A stretch of 64,000 bases of DNA, from positions 92,320,001-92,384,000 of the forward strand of contig CM052817.1 in NCBI GenBank assembly GCA_028534125.1, read 5' to 3'. The notes below the pieces were generated by a model. It saw nothing but the letters and a program-made list of their open reading frames with translations. It was not told the DNA's origin and did not search any database. Below are positions 1-13,015 of this stretch, one piece after another (position 1 is the stretch's first letter; the number at the start of each line of letters is the position of its first letter). The position numbers and the translations under genes were made by a program. Origin of the DNA: Lama glama (Eukaryota).

Positions 1-63
1 AAAATTCTGTTTCCTCTGTAGTCTTCAAAACACTGTATAATAGAAATTTAAGCATTTAATATA

Positions 64-473
64 CAGGCTTCCCCCACTATCCGAAAGTGTTTCTGTGAAA
101 CCTTTTATAAGCCAAATGGTGTAAAGTAAAGAAGCAATTATCTTAAGACATATCTTGTGAACAGAAGCACAAAATAGGGATAAAAGCACAGGAGCTTACA
201 GACACAGTTCAAAGCTATGGTGGCTTGATGCTGAGATGCTGTGTGTTTTCAGGGAAGGAGCTTGGTGGTATCACTCTCACCTGCTCAGAGTGAACGCTGC
301 CTCTATTATAGCTTGCTGCAAAACAAACACCGAATGCTGTTTTTGCTTTTTGCCATTTTTCATGAAAGTGAAAATCTGCTTCAGACTTTTGTTTAGCAAA
401 AACAGGTACTCATGTAGGTCTTTCATACAAATGAATGGCATAAAGTGAACTTTCGAAAAATGGGGGATACCTG
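64..473. mobile_element. Non-autonomous Tc1/mariner (Tigger-like) DNA transposon
   Basis: Imperfect TIRs CAGGCTTCCCCCACTATCCGAAAGT / ACTTTCGAAAAATGGGGGATACCTG, flanked by TA at 62-63 and 474-475. Confidence 0.75.
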
Positions 474-820
474 TATTATGTAGCAGGGGAAATAGCCAAG
501 TTGAAGTCTACTGTTGCTGAGTATTCCCAAGATCACTTACTTTTGCTTTTGGTTGTTACCTCTTATTCTTCCCAGACTTTAGCCAGATCAGTAGTTGAAG
601 GGGTATGAAAATGCTCTTCTCTTGGGGAAGTGCCAAATAAAGTTTTCACTGCTAACATTCTTCCTCTTCAATTATAAAGACATTATTTGAATGCAGAGGA
701 ATTTTTGAAGTGTAGTGTTCAAATACTACACAGGATTGAAGAACTTTTGAAAAAATTTTCATAATCAGTGTATTTGGATTTATGTAGATGTGTGTGTGTA
801 TATATGCACACATATTTACA

Positions 821-1016
821 CAGTTGACCATTGAACAACAAGGGGGTTAGGAGCTCCAACTCTTTGCATAGTTGAAAATCCACATATAACTTTACAGTTG
901 GCCTTACATACACACAGTCCACAACTGCAGACTGAACTAACTGCAGGTCGTGTAGTACTGTAGTAGTACTTACTGAAAAACTCTAGTTCAAACCTGTGCT
1001 GTTCAGCGGTCAACTC
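821..1016. mobile_element. Tigger2-family MITE (MER8/Tigger2a-like)
   Basis: Begins CAGTTGACCATTGAACAACA and ends TGCTGTTCAGCGGTCAACT, resembling Tigger2 TIRs. Confidence 0.7.
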
Positions 1017-1020
1017 TGCA

Positions 1021-1090
1021 TCTGTATCTTTCTTCCTTTCTTTCTTGCTATCCATCCATCCACCCATCTACCTACCTACCTACCTACCTA
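1021..1090 (+). repeat. Compound microsatellite (TTTC)/(TCCA)/(CCTA)
   Basis: Directly visible tetranucleotide runs. Confidence 0.85.
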
Positions 1091-2643
1091 TTTAAAACTT
1101 TCTCTGAAGTACAAAGAACCTGAGAAAACCATGTGAAAAAGATATGAGGGAGAGCAGTGCTTATGCTGGATCAGTGGAAAGATGCCAGAATACTTGAGGT
1201 AGATTTATTAAGCATTGTTTTTATACTGTTTGTAGCTAGTAATTCTTTAATAATGCTCTGTGTAAAGGAAGTTTAATACCTTTCTTTTTTAGACTGATAT
1301 CTTAACCAAGATGTAGTTTATACCTGTGTACAGAGCATTCTGTTCCCATGTTCACACTAGTATCTGAAGTGTCACACAGTTATATTAACTGAAACTGTGA
1401 GGTGATATACACTGATCACAGTTTTGATTGTGATTATAGTTCTAGTAGTAGACGTTTTTGTTCAATAGGTTTGGGTTCTACTGTTCAGCATTTGGAGGCA
1501 TAACAATGCCTTGGATATAGTAGATGTTCAATAAATACTTGTTGAAAGAGTAACAAAACTGACAGGTCTAAGTTCCTTCAGTGAGTAGATTAGATTGGTT
1601 AACAAATCTGTTTTCAGTAATAATCTGGTAGCATTATTTATAAATTTTGAGCACACTGCATGTGAATGAATGTTAGCAATTGAGCAGGACATGTTTCACA
1701 AGAATTTTGTGCTCTAATATTTTGGAGCCTTTTATAGAAACAAAGTGTTAATATTTATTTACTTATTTATATCCTAATTAATCTGTTTTAACCATAACCA
1801 GGAGGTGACAATGGACATGTTTTCATTTAATCCATATTAGTGTTTCAGATACCGAGTATTTTTCTTTAGAATTTTATGTTTAAAAAGTATTAATTGCTAT
1901 ATATAAAACAATGCTTTAATAATGAAGACTATTTTAAGAGATGTCTTCCTTGCTCCCATCACATAATGATGTTAGATTTTTTCATTTTGCTGTATTCTCT
2001 TTATCCATGCTTATATTTCAAATAATTTACATTAGCGTTATTATAGTCATCATAATTATTTTTAGTAGCCACTCTATTAGAAATGGCAACTACAATTAAC
2101 CAGACTCCGAATGGACAGTTTGTTGTTTCCAATTTACTGGGTTATAATAAATAATGCTGAAGTAAAGATTTTTATGGATATAATTTTTTCCTTCATAATT
2201 TTCCTTGGGCTACATTTCCAAGAGTAAAATTGCTTTGTAAAAAATATTTAAATGTTTTTATGAATCTTGTTTATTACTGCACTGCCTTCCAAAAAGATTA
2301 CATATTTAAAATTTGTATCCAATATTTTGTGTTTGCTTTTCCGTAACTTTTCTAGCATTGACCTTTATCTTCTTTTAGAGAAATATTTTAAGAAATATAC
2401 AGTGGTATTTTACTATGCATTTCTTTGATTACCAAGAAAATCAACATTTCCTCTTGTTTACTTAATACTTCTCTTTGTAAACTATTTGTACATATTCTTT
2501 GCTTATTTACCCACTGAGTATTTTATTCTTAGACACAGTAAAGTATGCGAAAAGGGTCCAACTGGGTCATTTAATTTTCTTCTGAAAAACAAGCTTATAT
2601 TTCATTGCTATGTATGTCTGTGTTTCTGACTTTCTTATTGCAG

Positions 2644-2700
2644 ACCATTTATCAAGAATTTTGTATCCAAGGCCCAAGATGATGAATGCTGACATGGATG
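2644..2700 (+). CDS. SCOC: SCOC exon (DHLSRILYPRPK-MMNADMD); ATG of the short isoform at 2679
   Basis: ttgcag| acceptor and G|gtatgt donor; peptide matches SCOC. Confidence 0.93.
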
Positions 2701-3076
2701 GTATGTTCTTTGTTTTCCTTTCTGTATGTTCCTGGTTGTGTGGAACATACACTGCTTCATTAAGCAATGGAAAGAACAGAGAAGCAATATTTAGAAGGCT
2801 TGGATCTTGTGCAATTTACCTATTTATAATCCCGTATAGTTCTAGAAAGGATATAAGGCAACTTCCATTCCTTAACTGTGAGATGTTGGCAAAACATTTT
2901 GCCTTCACCTTGGTGTCCTTATGTGCAATGTGGGATATAACCTTTTACTTCATAGGGCTCTTGTATAAGTCTAATAAGATAATGAATATAAAACATTTTA
3001 CAGATCTTTTAAGTGCTATACAACACAAATGGTAGCTAATGTTAATTTATAGTAAATCTGAACCTTTTTATTACAG

Positions 3077-3160
3077 CAGTTGATGCTGAAAATCAGGTGG
3101 AACTGGAGGAAAAAACACGACTTATTAATCAAGTGTTGGAACTCCAACACACACTTGAAG
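3077..3160 (+). CDS. SCOC: SCOC exon (AVDAENQVELEEKTRLINQVLELQHTLE), coiled coil
   Basis: ttacag|CAG acceptor and G|gttagc donor; 84 nt, phase 1-1. Confidence 0.96.
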
Positions 3161-3629
3161 GTTAGCTTGTATTTTGTAGTTTTCTTGACTAACATCCAGG
3201 TAATTGAAATTGTAAGCATTTATGTTGCTAAATTTTGTCTGGTACTGTGCAGTTTTTAAAAGTATAAACTTCAAAGTCTACTTCAATAGTTTTTTCCCCT
3301 CCTGCCAGTAGCTTTGGCTGGTCAGTTTAAAGAACAGAGATGTTTCAATAAGAAAGTCAAACAGTGTTTTTATGCTTCCCTCTCTAAGGTCTGACCTAAT
3401 ATGAGAGCCCCTTTTTAAGTCCCCACACTGTTATACTAAGTCCACTTTAATAAAGCTTATATGAAAGTAAGAATAGCACATTAGCCTCAAAAATGAAAAG
3501 GGAATTGATCTGAGTTTTTTCATTTTCTGAATGTCTCGCATAAAATTAATTCTACCACTGAAATATACTTTGGTTTTTAAGGAAATTAAGGGATTGTGGT
3601 TTGCTTTGTTTTTGAAATCAGATTGAACA

Positions 3630-4145
3630 GATCATGTCACTCCAGTAGCTTCCCATTTCACAGTTAATGAAAGCCAGGTACTCTGTAGAAGTCTCTTACT
3701 TTCCTTTTACTTTCAGACTCCAGTCACACTCTCTGACTCATACATCCTGCCTCAGACACTCCAACCTCCTTGCTATTCTTTCATTAAGGCTCTAACTCAG
3801 TCTTGGCAGTTGCTGTTCCCTGTGCTTGAATCTTTTCCCTTGATCATTTGCATGTCAGTATGGCTCATTCCCTCACTTCCTTTAGATCTCTGGTGAAATT
3901 TCCTTAAATCAAAATAGCTATCCCTGACTATACTATATAAAAGAACAGCTTTCCTTTTGCTTCCTATGACCCTTACCTTTCTTGTTTTTTCTCCTGATCC
4001 CCTACACACCCTGAGCCCCATTAATGCACCTGTGCCCACATGCACATTAAATGTAAACTCTGAAAGGGCAGGGACTTTTCTTTTTTGTTACTATTGCCTC
4101 TAGACCAGTGCCTGTTACAGGCACTTAATACTTACTGAATGACTC
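3630..4145. mobile_element. L2 LINE fragment
   Basis: L2-like 3' motifs AAATGTAAACTC...GGGCAGGGAC...CAGTGCCTG...TACTGAATGA. Confidence 0.55.
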
Positions 4146-4653
4146 TTAGAAGGCAGCCAATCCTTACTGAATGGAGGTAATATCTTTTTTATCATCAAGA
4201 ACTGCTATTTTGAATTTCTTGCTAATGTGAAAATACACAATGATCAATTGGAAACTGACTGCCTATATCCAGTATGTGAATTCAGTTATGTTCACCTACT
4301 ACATTTTCTTAAACATTTCTAGTAAAGACATTATGGTTTCATGATGGTAAGATATGGACCAAAATTCACATTTTTAAAACAGTATTTTTAAAAATAACCA
4401 TTTTAAGAATTAACTACTTAACAAAAATGCTGTTTACAAAGAATAACATTTAATCTAATGTGAAATCTCTTTGTAGGAATTTTGACTATTGATTGGTACT
4501 CAGTTCACTTTAACTTCTAAACTAGCCTGAATTTAAAAGCAGAAAATTTAAGGACTGTGGTATTTCTTTTAAGAATGAATCTTAATAAGCATTTTATAAT
4601 GTGGCATCATTGCATCATTTTATTGATAATACGCTTTTTTATTTTTAATATAG

Positions 4654-4796
4654 ATCTCTCTGCAAGAGTAGATGCAGTTAAGGAAGAAAATCTGAAGCTG
4701 AAATCGGAAAACCAAGTTCTTGGACAATATATAGAAAACCTCATGTCAGCTTCTAGTGTTTTTCAAACAACTGACACAAAAAGCAAAAGAAAGTAA
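4654..4796 (+). CDS. SCOC: SCOC last coding exon ([47 protein letters not shown])
   Basis: atatag| acceptor; TAA at 4794-4796; matches the SCOC C-terminus. Confidence 0.97.
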
Positions 4797-6204
4797 GGGA
4801 TTATCCCTTATGTTTTATGGAATTGCTGCTGATCATTTTTTTCTTTAAAACTTGGATAGATTCCAAACGTTATAATACTTTTTGTTTGTGGCTTCACTGA
4901 GTATTTATGAAGATAGTGTCAGATCTAGGCAAAATTAAGAGCATAACAGAAAACTCCCATGAGTTTGTGTATTATGTTAGTCTATGAAAACGTGCAAATG
5001 TGCTGTAGAGACTTTATAATTAGAAATGCATATATTTATGAAACTTGAAAATGAATGTTTTATCAAATTTGCTTTGACTTACAGGTTTAGCACTGACTTT
5101 ATTATAGGCATAGTTAGAGATACAAGAAAATAACCACCGTGTTGTGAAAAAGTGACCAAAATCATGTACTGAATGCACAGCTTTATGTACCCTGTCCACC
5201 ATTGTGTGCCTCTTCTCCGTTTGCTTTCTTCTCATTTTCCTTCCCCAAGGAAAAAATTGGTTTCACATTTGTAAAAAGTAATTTCTATAGTTAATCGTAT
5301 AGGGAGTAATCTGAACTCTAACTGTAAACTTAACCAAAATAAGATACTTTCTCAGTTAGGGCTTATTTGTTGTATTTAGGAGTAAGATAGGATAGTTGTT
5401 TCTCTTTAATCAATGAAAACGGAGGCTATAAAAATGAAGATTTTTCTTTGAATTGTCAAATTGGGAAGATTTGTTGTTAAAGACTTCCCTTGCACAAAGC
5501 TACCCACTTGGTTTTCTGACAAGATGTGCTCTGGTTGTGTGTGTGTTTGAAATTTTAAAATTTGAGGAAAAATAGAAATAGGGTGTGAAAAAGTACTTGG
5601 TAAATACTTGTAACCGATTCCAAATGTTTTTACTCCAGATTTGTGTTAATCTCTGCCACAGATTAGATTTGGGAATATATAAGAAAATGGACTGTTTGGC
5701 TAACACTATGTAAACAAGACCTGGAAGAGAACAAAGTTTGTTCTCAGGTTTATTTGTAGTACCCAGCAGATCAACTTTGCAAAATCCCTTCAGAGTGTGT
5801 TAGTATCAAAATCATGAATAAAATGGGAGAGTTTTACATGTATATTAATTGATGCTTTCTCAGTATTTTATCTCACTACTTAGAATCTTCTGTAAACCCA
5901 GCTGCTGGTTTGCAAAGTTTTAGTCATTTAACAGTTTTTTAAAATTTAGTTTGTAGATTCCATTTGGTAAGGAAATGAGTATCACGAGTAATGTTAAAGT
6001 GTTACACAGGAAAAGAGATCCACTAATATAGGTTATGGTTACTAAATTTAGGCTAATCATGAAGTAATCTTATGTTTGTATTGGTATAAGATTTGATGAC
6101 TTTAGCTGTATGAATATATAGTAGTCATAAGCAAACATTTTGCATCCCTTTGTGACCTAATTTTCAAACATTTAAAATTGTGTTGCAGTTATGCTTTGCT
6201 GTTT

Positions 6205-6210
6205 AATAAA
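6205..6210 (+). terminator. SCOC: Likely SCOC polyadenylation signal
   Basis: AATAAA followed about 20 nt later by GU-rich TTGTGTGTGTTTTG; a second AATAAA at 5817-5822. Confidence 0.65.
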
Positions 6211-6514
6211 AAGGCTGTTTCAAAAATTGTGTGTGTTTTGATATAGTTGCCAAAGTAACTGGCTGCAATGGTGTATTCAGGGTTGTTCAAAGCCACAAGA
6301 TAAGTAACGTATCTTATTTTTAAGTACCAGTTGCTAGATGTTTAAGGGAGTACTATTTTTTATTAAAACAAATACAGGATATTATATATTAATTCAAAAA
6401 ATAAAAGCAAAGAATTCAAAAGATCCAAGATTGCCAAAGGAAAGGTGGTTGTATTTTTTAAGTTAGGCTAAGCTCTCGCAATGAGATACAGAGATAAAAA
6501 AATACAAAATAATA

Positions 6515-6811
6515 TAGAATACACTCACAGACATAGAAAACAAACTTACGGCTACCAGGGGAGAAAGGGGGTGGGGAGGGATAAACTGGAAGTTCTGGAT
6601 TTGGAGATACTACCATATATAAAGTAGATAAACAAGATCCTACTGTATAGCACAGGGAACTATACTCAGTATCTTGCAATGGCCTATAATGAAAAAATAT
6701 GGAAAGGAATCTCTCCCTCTCTCTATGTATATATAAGTATAAATGAATCACTATGCTGTATACCAGAAATTAACACAACATTGTGAATCGACTATACTTC
6801 AATTAAAAAAA
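6515..6811 (+). mobile_element. Cetartiodactyl-type L1 3' end
   Basis: CTCACAGACATAGAAAACAAACTTA...CTACTGTATAGCACAGGGAACTATACTCAGTATC...CTATACTTCAATT followed by an A tail. Confidence 0.85.
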
Positions 6812-6879
6812 TTTTTTTAATGTTTCTCATCCAACTAATGGGTCTGAGGTAAGCACGGTAAACCAGTAGGCTTTGTGAG

Positions 6880-8345
6880 CTAAGGATGGCTCTGCCATTT
6901 TCAAACATGGCTTCCAAGTCACTAATTATCACCATTATAATTTGCACGAAAAGTGCATGGTGCATATATGCAGGGTTTTGTGGGCTGGGCCTGCCTGGAA
7001 ATGGCTCATATGTCTTCTCACATTCCAGTGGGTCGGGATTTAGTTACACCTAGATGCAAGAATTGCTGAGAAATGTTGTTCCTAGCTGGAAGCCATATTC
7101 CAGCTATAAATTTATTGTGGAAACAGGATATTGGTGGTACCTAGAAGCATCAGCCACAGCCCCCTTCTCTTGCTGTTAAGTATCTTTGCCCAACCTTTTT
7201 CCCATATACAGAACCTACTTAACCTCTCCTTTTCCAGTTACTGATTCAGCTCAAAATCCAGGGTCTCTGTCAAGGTCTGTCAGTTGTAGATGTGGCTTCC
7301 AATAGTCTGACAACCACTAAACTAGTGACAGACTATTTGCTCTGCCCATTTGTGATGGTGTAGTGGGGATAGGATACCCAAATAACAACTCTCAATTTGG
7401 AATATGGAATAAAGGGAAACATCAATTCAAAGCAATTGTGGAATACTAGGAGAGAGACCCTGTGAAGATTCTGTCCCTGATAGTGGATAAAGTTCCTTGA
7501 TTTGACCCTGATTCTAATCTCTGGCAAAGGACTTCCCTTATTGCTCTCCATGGCTTCCCCTATCTGGAAAGTTACTCCTTATTTACCCACACCCTGACCC
7601 TCCTGTAACTCAAAAGTTTGGGAGTGTTCCATTTATTATGGGAGTTGTAGAAACAGTCCACTTCTTGCTAATGTGATTTTGGTGCCCATCATTTGAAGGC
7701 CAAGCTCACATTTCTTTGGCAGTACAGTTCCCTCAAAAACAGCCTTTCTGTCTATATGCTTCAGTTGCATATGCTAGGAACCACAATCAAGCTCTTTTCT
7801 AGAACAAATTCTCAAGGTATGCTTTCTCCTCTTCCTTCCTCATAGGTTCCTGCCCCTCTAATAAAGGCTACTTTGAAATCAACTGAAAATAAGACTGCAC
7901 TGGGAATGCAACAACCAAGTATCACTGCAGGGCTGGGTCCTTTTGTTTGGCTTAACACTTGGCAGAAAAGTTTTAACTGGGCTTCCCCTTCTACCTCCCA
8001 TACCTCAAAAATAAAATTTTGAATTTTTTCTGCTTTCAGGGTATAGAAACAATTAGCTTTTCTAACCATGTGAGGTAGCTAATATAATGATCTTTCTCTA
8101 TTTCCTTCCATCTCTGCTTGGAAACTGGTAAGCTCCTTCTTGTGATACCTTGCTACAAAGCATAAGGGAACAGCCAATTTATTTCACATTCTGGCTTTTC
8201 CAGCTGCTACCCCTACAGCTGTTAAATCAGGTGACAAAATGTTACCAGAAATACATGCCCCACTTGCTTGTCATATGAATGGTAAACCAGTGCTACACAT
8301 TTTGTTTTCATTATGGCAATGTCCTTCAGGATATCAATTTCTATA
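6880..8345. mobile_element. Old MaLR/ERVL-like LTR-derived sequence
   Basis: MLT1-like motifs (GATGGCTCTGCCAT...ACACCTAGATGCAAG); highly diverged, boundaries approximate. Confidence 0.4.
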
Positions 8346-8394
8346 ATAGAAATACAGGTGGTAAACAGTGTGCACAGGGACTGTGCGTAGCTTC

Positions 8395-8812
8395 TGATAA
8401 AGACTCCTAAACCAAACTTTAGCCATGTTCTTGAGTCCTCCTTCTGACTAGAGCTCATCTTAGGCCCTGTCTTCAGCCTGCTTAGTCCAGTTTTAGTAAA
8501 AATCCTGCTAAGTCAGTTTAGAGAAATCCCCCACCCTCAGAATCTGATCACCCTGCCTGTCTTGAGCAAGAATCCTGTTAAATCAGCATAGCAAGCATCT
8601 CCCTACCCTTGATGCCTCCTCTTAGTAATTTTCTATCCACCTCCCTGCCCCAACTCTGCGCAATAACTAAAAATTCCCAGCTGTCTTCACTGTATTTGGA
8701 GGTGCGCCCCATCTCTCTCCCCTGTTGCAATATTCTTGCCCCCTATTGCAACATCCCTAAATAGTCTTTCTTACTGTTTTAACCAATGTCAGAAAAAATT
8801 TTTCTTTAAATA
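8395..8812 (+). mobile_element. Solo ERV1 LTR, MER31-like
   Basis: TGATAAAGACTC...CCAAACTTTAG start; repeated AAGAATCCTG...AGTCAGTTTAG motif; 4-bp TSD CTTC at 8391-8394 and 8813-8816. Confidence 0.75.
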
Positions 8813-8959
8813 CTTCCTAGTTCCAAATGCTGGTGGAATGATAATTGGCAGGAAAAATCAGCATACTGATTTCCTCAGGATCTACCTGTAGAACTAGCAT
8901 TCCATCCAAAATCCGTCCTCTATAGTCACTTTGGACTTTACTTACAGCAAGTTAATAAA

Positions 8960-9240
8960 GCTCACAATCCCTTATCTGGAACTCTTGGGGTCAGATGTTT
9001 CAGAATCTGGAATTTTTCAGATTTCATAAAGTATTATGACTCAAACACCAATACAGTTTGGGCAACACCTGTAATCAAATACATTAACATTTTTGTAGCA
9101 AAATATATTAATTTAGTACTAAGTGTGATAAATACACTATATATATCCTATCAGGGAGGTCAGGCTTGGCTGCCAAATGAGTTTTGATGTCAAACATGAA
9201 AAAACTTTCGATTTTCAGAGATCTTTGGAATTTGGAATTG
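8960..9240. mobile_element. MER46-like (TcMar-Tigger) DNA transposon fragment
   Basis: ATCCCTTATCTGGAACTCTTGGGGTCAGATGTTTCAGAAT...TTTTCAGAGATCTTTGGAATTTGGAATTG. Confidence 0.55.
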
Positions 9241-11689
9241 TTCATGTAACAAGAAAATTTGCAGAAAAGCAACCAAAATCATCTAAGCATGCAGTTCCAA
9301 CCAATTCATGATACCACATTTATATCCTTGTCCATTACTCTTCCCTCTGATCTAGTCCCTTTTCCAAAAGAAAGATGAAAGGTGAATTACATATTCTAGA
9401 ATTTTATGGTCCAAAACAAAGCAAAATTGATCTTAATTCTTTAGAATGGAGTCTTTCTTTACTTTCCCCAATAATTTTGTTTTTTCCTATCTTGAGTTAA
9501 CAACTTCTAATGGTTGTTGTATTTCTTTAATGCTGATATAATCAAAATTACCAACAAAGACCTGAGATTACTTTAGTTGTTAAGACAATTTGTGAATCAC
9601 TAAAGAATAGAGAATGTGATTACATGAAAGGTTAAAATTGGAAGAGTGAGTTAACTACCTCTTAGCTACTCTACCCCCCCAAAAAGCTACAGTTTATTTC
9701 ACTTAAATCATAGAGATGAATTGTATATAAGGACATTTTCTATAACAAGGTCTTTACATTGGCCTTAGGACCTAATTTACCATATATTGAAGGGGGTGTT
9801 GAGGAGTGATGACAGAAGCTAAAGTAATATATAGTAATCACTTGTATAATGTATTTACCTTGTTTTAAATTTTCTGTATTATCTATAGATGGCTTATCAA
9901 ATGTTTAAGTAATTAAAACTTGAAATTACTTCCAAATTTTACAAAGAAAGTAAAATTCTATGTATTTAACAAACACAAAATATATGGTAAGATACTTTGT
10001 TAGGTGTTAAACGATAATTTTAAAAATTATCCTGTTCTTCATTTTCCCTAAAATTACCATTGCTCTTCCATGCATTTGGATCGCTACAAACTCCAAATGC
10101 ATTCAAAAATACATTTTCTCTTCCATCAACCTACTTCATCTGACCTGTCAGATTAGGGGTAATTTTATTTCCTAAACTCCTCACAGCTGTCATACTAAGG
10201 GAATAAGAGCTATAATTTGGGAAGAGATTATTAAAATTAATGTAGAAATGCCATTATTATGTTTAAATAAATTATTTACATGAGATTTAAGTAGTTATCT
10301 GATATGTTATGTGATATTTCATCTCTAAATCCTGCTGAAGTTCAAACATAGCCACAGTTGAAAAGAGAATGAAAAAACTTCATAGATGCCTAGAGTGTAA
10401 TATATTAATATTTTAAACTATTCGGAATAGTTTTCAATGAAAACTATTAATTTTCTAAAGTAGTATTCTAAACTGCTAAGGTACATTAAATTCATTGCTA
10501 ATAGTTAATTTAAACATGTAATAAGCAATTTCATCCTCTGTCTCTTGGAAATGTGGACTGGCTCTTAGTTCTTGTAATATGTATCTTTCTAAAGAATGAC
10601 CAATGAAAGCAAGGCTACCTTAAAAAAATGTTCAAGAAAAAGGAAGCTACTTTGCTTGGTCAAATTAAAAAGCCTCTAGAAAAGCCAACTAAAATAAAGA
10701 GCAAAATACATTCATTTTCTCCTTTTTTAGAGAAGAGGATAGAACTTAAATCATCTTAAACAATAAGTCAGATTAGGGTGGTAAAAGGAAAAAGCCATCC
10801 TGTTATTAAGGAAGACAATGCTTTGTCTACTACATGGACCTAGTACACATATTTATAAAGTTTAAGTTCGGGTTAAACTTATCAGCCATGGTGCATCCAC
10901 AGAGGGGACACCCACAGGTAGGAGCAGTGAACTGGCAAAACTGGTTGCTCAGATTTTACCAATGCAGGCTCATGGAGTTTAACCAAATGTTAAAGTTAAA
11001 ATGAATCTGCAACCAAGAAAGTAAAAAAGAGCTTTAATAAATCTTTAAAAAAAGATCACTTACAAGACACTTATCAGGAAAGAAGGCTTCCATAAAAATA
11101 AGAATGGATTTACCTCATGAAGTAGTAGTTTACTTTCAGAAACATTCTCATCTAGAATTACTCAATGTCTAGTTCACTTCGACACTCCAAATGCAGAGTA
11201 AGAAAGGGAATCCTTGCAAGATGTATTAAGTTCAGTTAGTATTAAATACAAAGTATGGTTAACTGTGTATTAAGATTTTTCACCACTAATTTATGGAAGG
11301 TTCAGAACACAACAATGGAATAAAGCACTAATTTTCATTTTCAATTCACTCCCTGAAATAGAGTGAATAGTGACTATACTGGCTATATTTGGCTTCCTTT
11401 AGTCAGAGGAGAAGCTAGAGACTCATTTTCCTTATACATAAGCTCTAAAATGTACTACTGGGAAGGAGGCTGGATGGGAAGGGGCCCAAGGATGCAGTTG
11501 TATGTCTATGAAGGAATCTGAAACATTACCCAACTAGTATAGACTTCTCTAGACAAGTAATGAAGTAGGTCTCAAAGATTTACATCACCTTCCAAAGCGT
11601 CTGTCACCCAAACATGAAAAAGTCTTAGTATATGTTAAATGGAACAATACAGCTCCACTATAATGTAGTTCTGTGGCTTTTGGTAACTA

Positions 11690-11912
11690 CAGTCTTCCCT
11701 TGGTATCCATGGGGGATTGGTTCCAGGGCCCGTGGCAGATACTAAAATCCACGGACGCTCAAGTCCCATAGTTGACCACCCATATTTGCAGATTCTGCAT
11801 TGGAGGATTCAACCAAACATATCATATAGAACCTTAGAGTTTATTGAGAAAAAAAAAATCAATGTATAACCGGACCTACACAGTTCAAACCTGTGCTTTC
11901 AAGGGTCAATTG
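11690..11912. mobile_element. MER2/Tigger-derived MITE
   Basis: CAGTCTTCCCTTGGTATCCATGGGGGATTGGTTCCAGG...TTCAAGGGTCAATTG with TA flanks (11688-11689, 11913-11914). Confidence 0.75.
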
Positions 11913-12148
11913 TACTTTAAAAAGAGGAACGACATAGTTGTTATCTACCGTAGAGGCGGTTTTGAAGCTAGATGAGACAATAGACTGAAAACAGATTTGA
12001 ATGTGTCAGGAAAAAAGATAAAAATACAAAGCATGATGATTGACATTTATCAGCCATTAGAATCTCTTTAATCAAAGAAAATAAAGACTCTCCAGTAATA
12101 ATCTACCTATTAAAGAGGGTATCATTTAAAGATGAGAAAATATTAAAT

Positions 12149-12154
12149 TTTATT
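12149..12154 (-). terminator. CLGN: Distal CLGN polyadenylation signal
   Basis: AATAAA on the minus strand about 780 nt past the stop codon. Confidence 0.6.
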
Positions 12155-12495
12155 TTCAAGAGCAATGTAGGCATAAGCAATCTTGTGAATAGGGTAAGCC
12201 ATTCTGGCATAAAACAACTGTAAAAGTTTGAAAAAAATTTGTACACCATTTCACTTTGATAAACCTCTTTTGTTTGTATTCAAATGTAAATACACTGCAC
12301 TATTAACCAGTGATTCTATGAACGACATATAGGCATTTGTTTTGTTGACCTGTTTGTCAACAAAGCACCTCTTTAAAGAATTCTATAATTTAAGTGAACA
12401 ATGGACCATAACTATAATTTGACACAAACTAGGTAAATGTGGGTCACATACAAACACTTTGAATTGTTGATAGAATCAAACCACCATACAGGAAC

Positions 12496-12501
12496 TTTAT
12501 T
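12496..12501 (-). terminator. CLGN: Proximal CLGN polyadenylation signal candidate
   Basis: AATAAA on the minus strand followed by GU-rich GTATGGTGGTTTG. Confidence 0.5.
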
Positions 12502-12934
12502 GCAATTTAGCCCTGTACAACAGAACAAACTGTCATTTATTTATAGGACTACCAGTCATACTGTAGTATAGCCATTTAAGAGGAATTTCCAATAACTGAC
12601 TCTTCTAACAGCGGTGAAGCTGCTGCATATTATTTTGCTCTGTAGAAACTAAAATCTCTCCAAACTATTGAAACTGTGTAACTTCTAATGATATTAATCT
12701 CTTAAAATCTGATATGTAACATGCACCTTTCTTTTATTCTAAATTCAAAGACCAGGTAACTTCAAAGTGTTTTTTTTTTCTTTCCTGAAAAAGAAGACTA
12801 AAATAAATGTCTGAAAGAATAACATTACTAGATAGAAGAAACAGGATGTGCAGATTGATTCAAGTTCAGTTCTGGCACACCAACTTTAGAATGCCAACTC
12901 TCTCTTTTAGGAATGAAAAATACTTAAATATACA

Positions 12935-13015
12935 TTACTCCTTTCGTACTCTTCTTTTGCGTACTGACTTGACTGGCCCATCTCCAGATCCTGTGCTCTC
13001 ATCTGCTTCTTTCAT
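12935..13015 (-). CDS. CLGN: CLGN exon 15 (MKEADESTGSGDGPVKSVRKRRVRKE*), basic ER-retention-type tail
   Basis: ttcctag| acceptor; TAA at 12935-12937; 81 nt. Confidence 0.96.
   Translation of the reverse strand: MKEADESTGSGDGPVKSVRKRRVRKE

Noticed and set aside
2610..3035. 141-aa ORF overlapping a SCOC exon
   Set aside because: Exon read through into intron; the GTATGT donor at 2701 and the phase match to the next exon explain it.
10860..11120. Splice-like motifs on the minus strand between SCOC and CLGN
   Set aside because: Isolated motifs without an ORF or other support; a lncRNA exon cannot be called from sequence alone.
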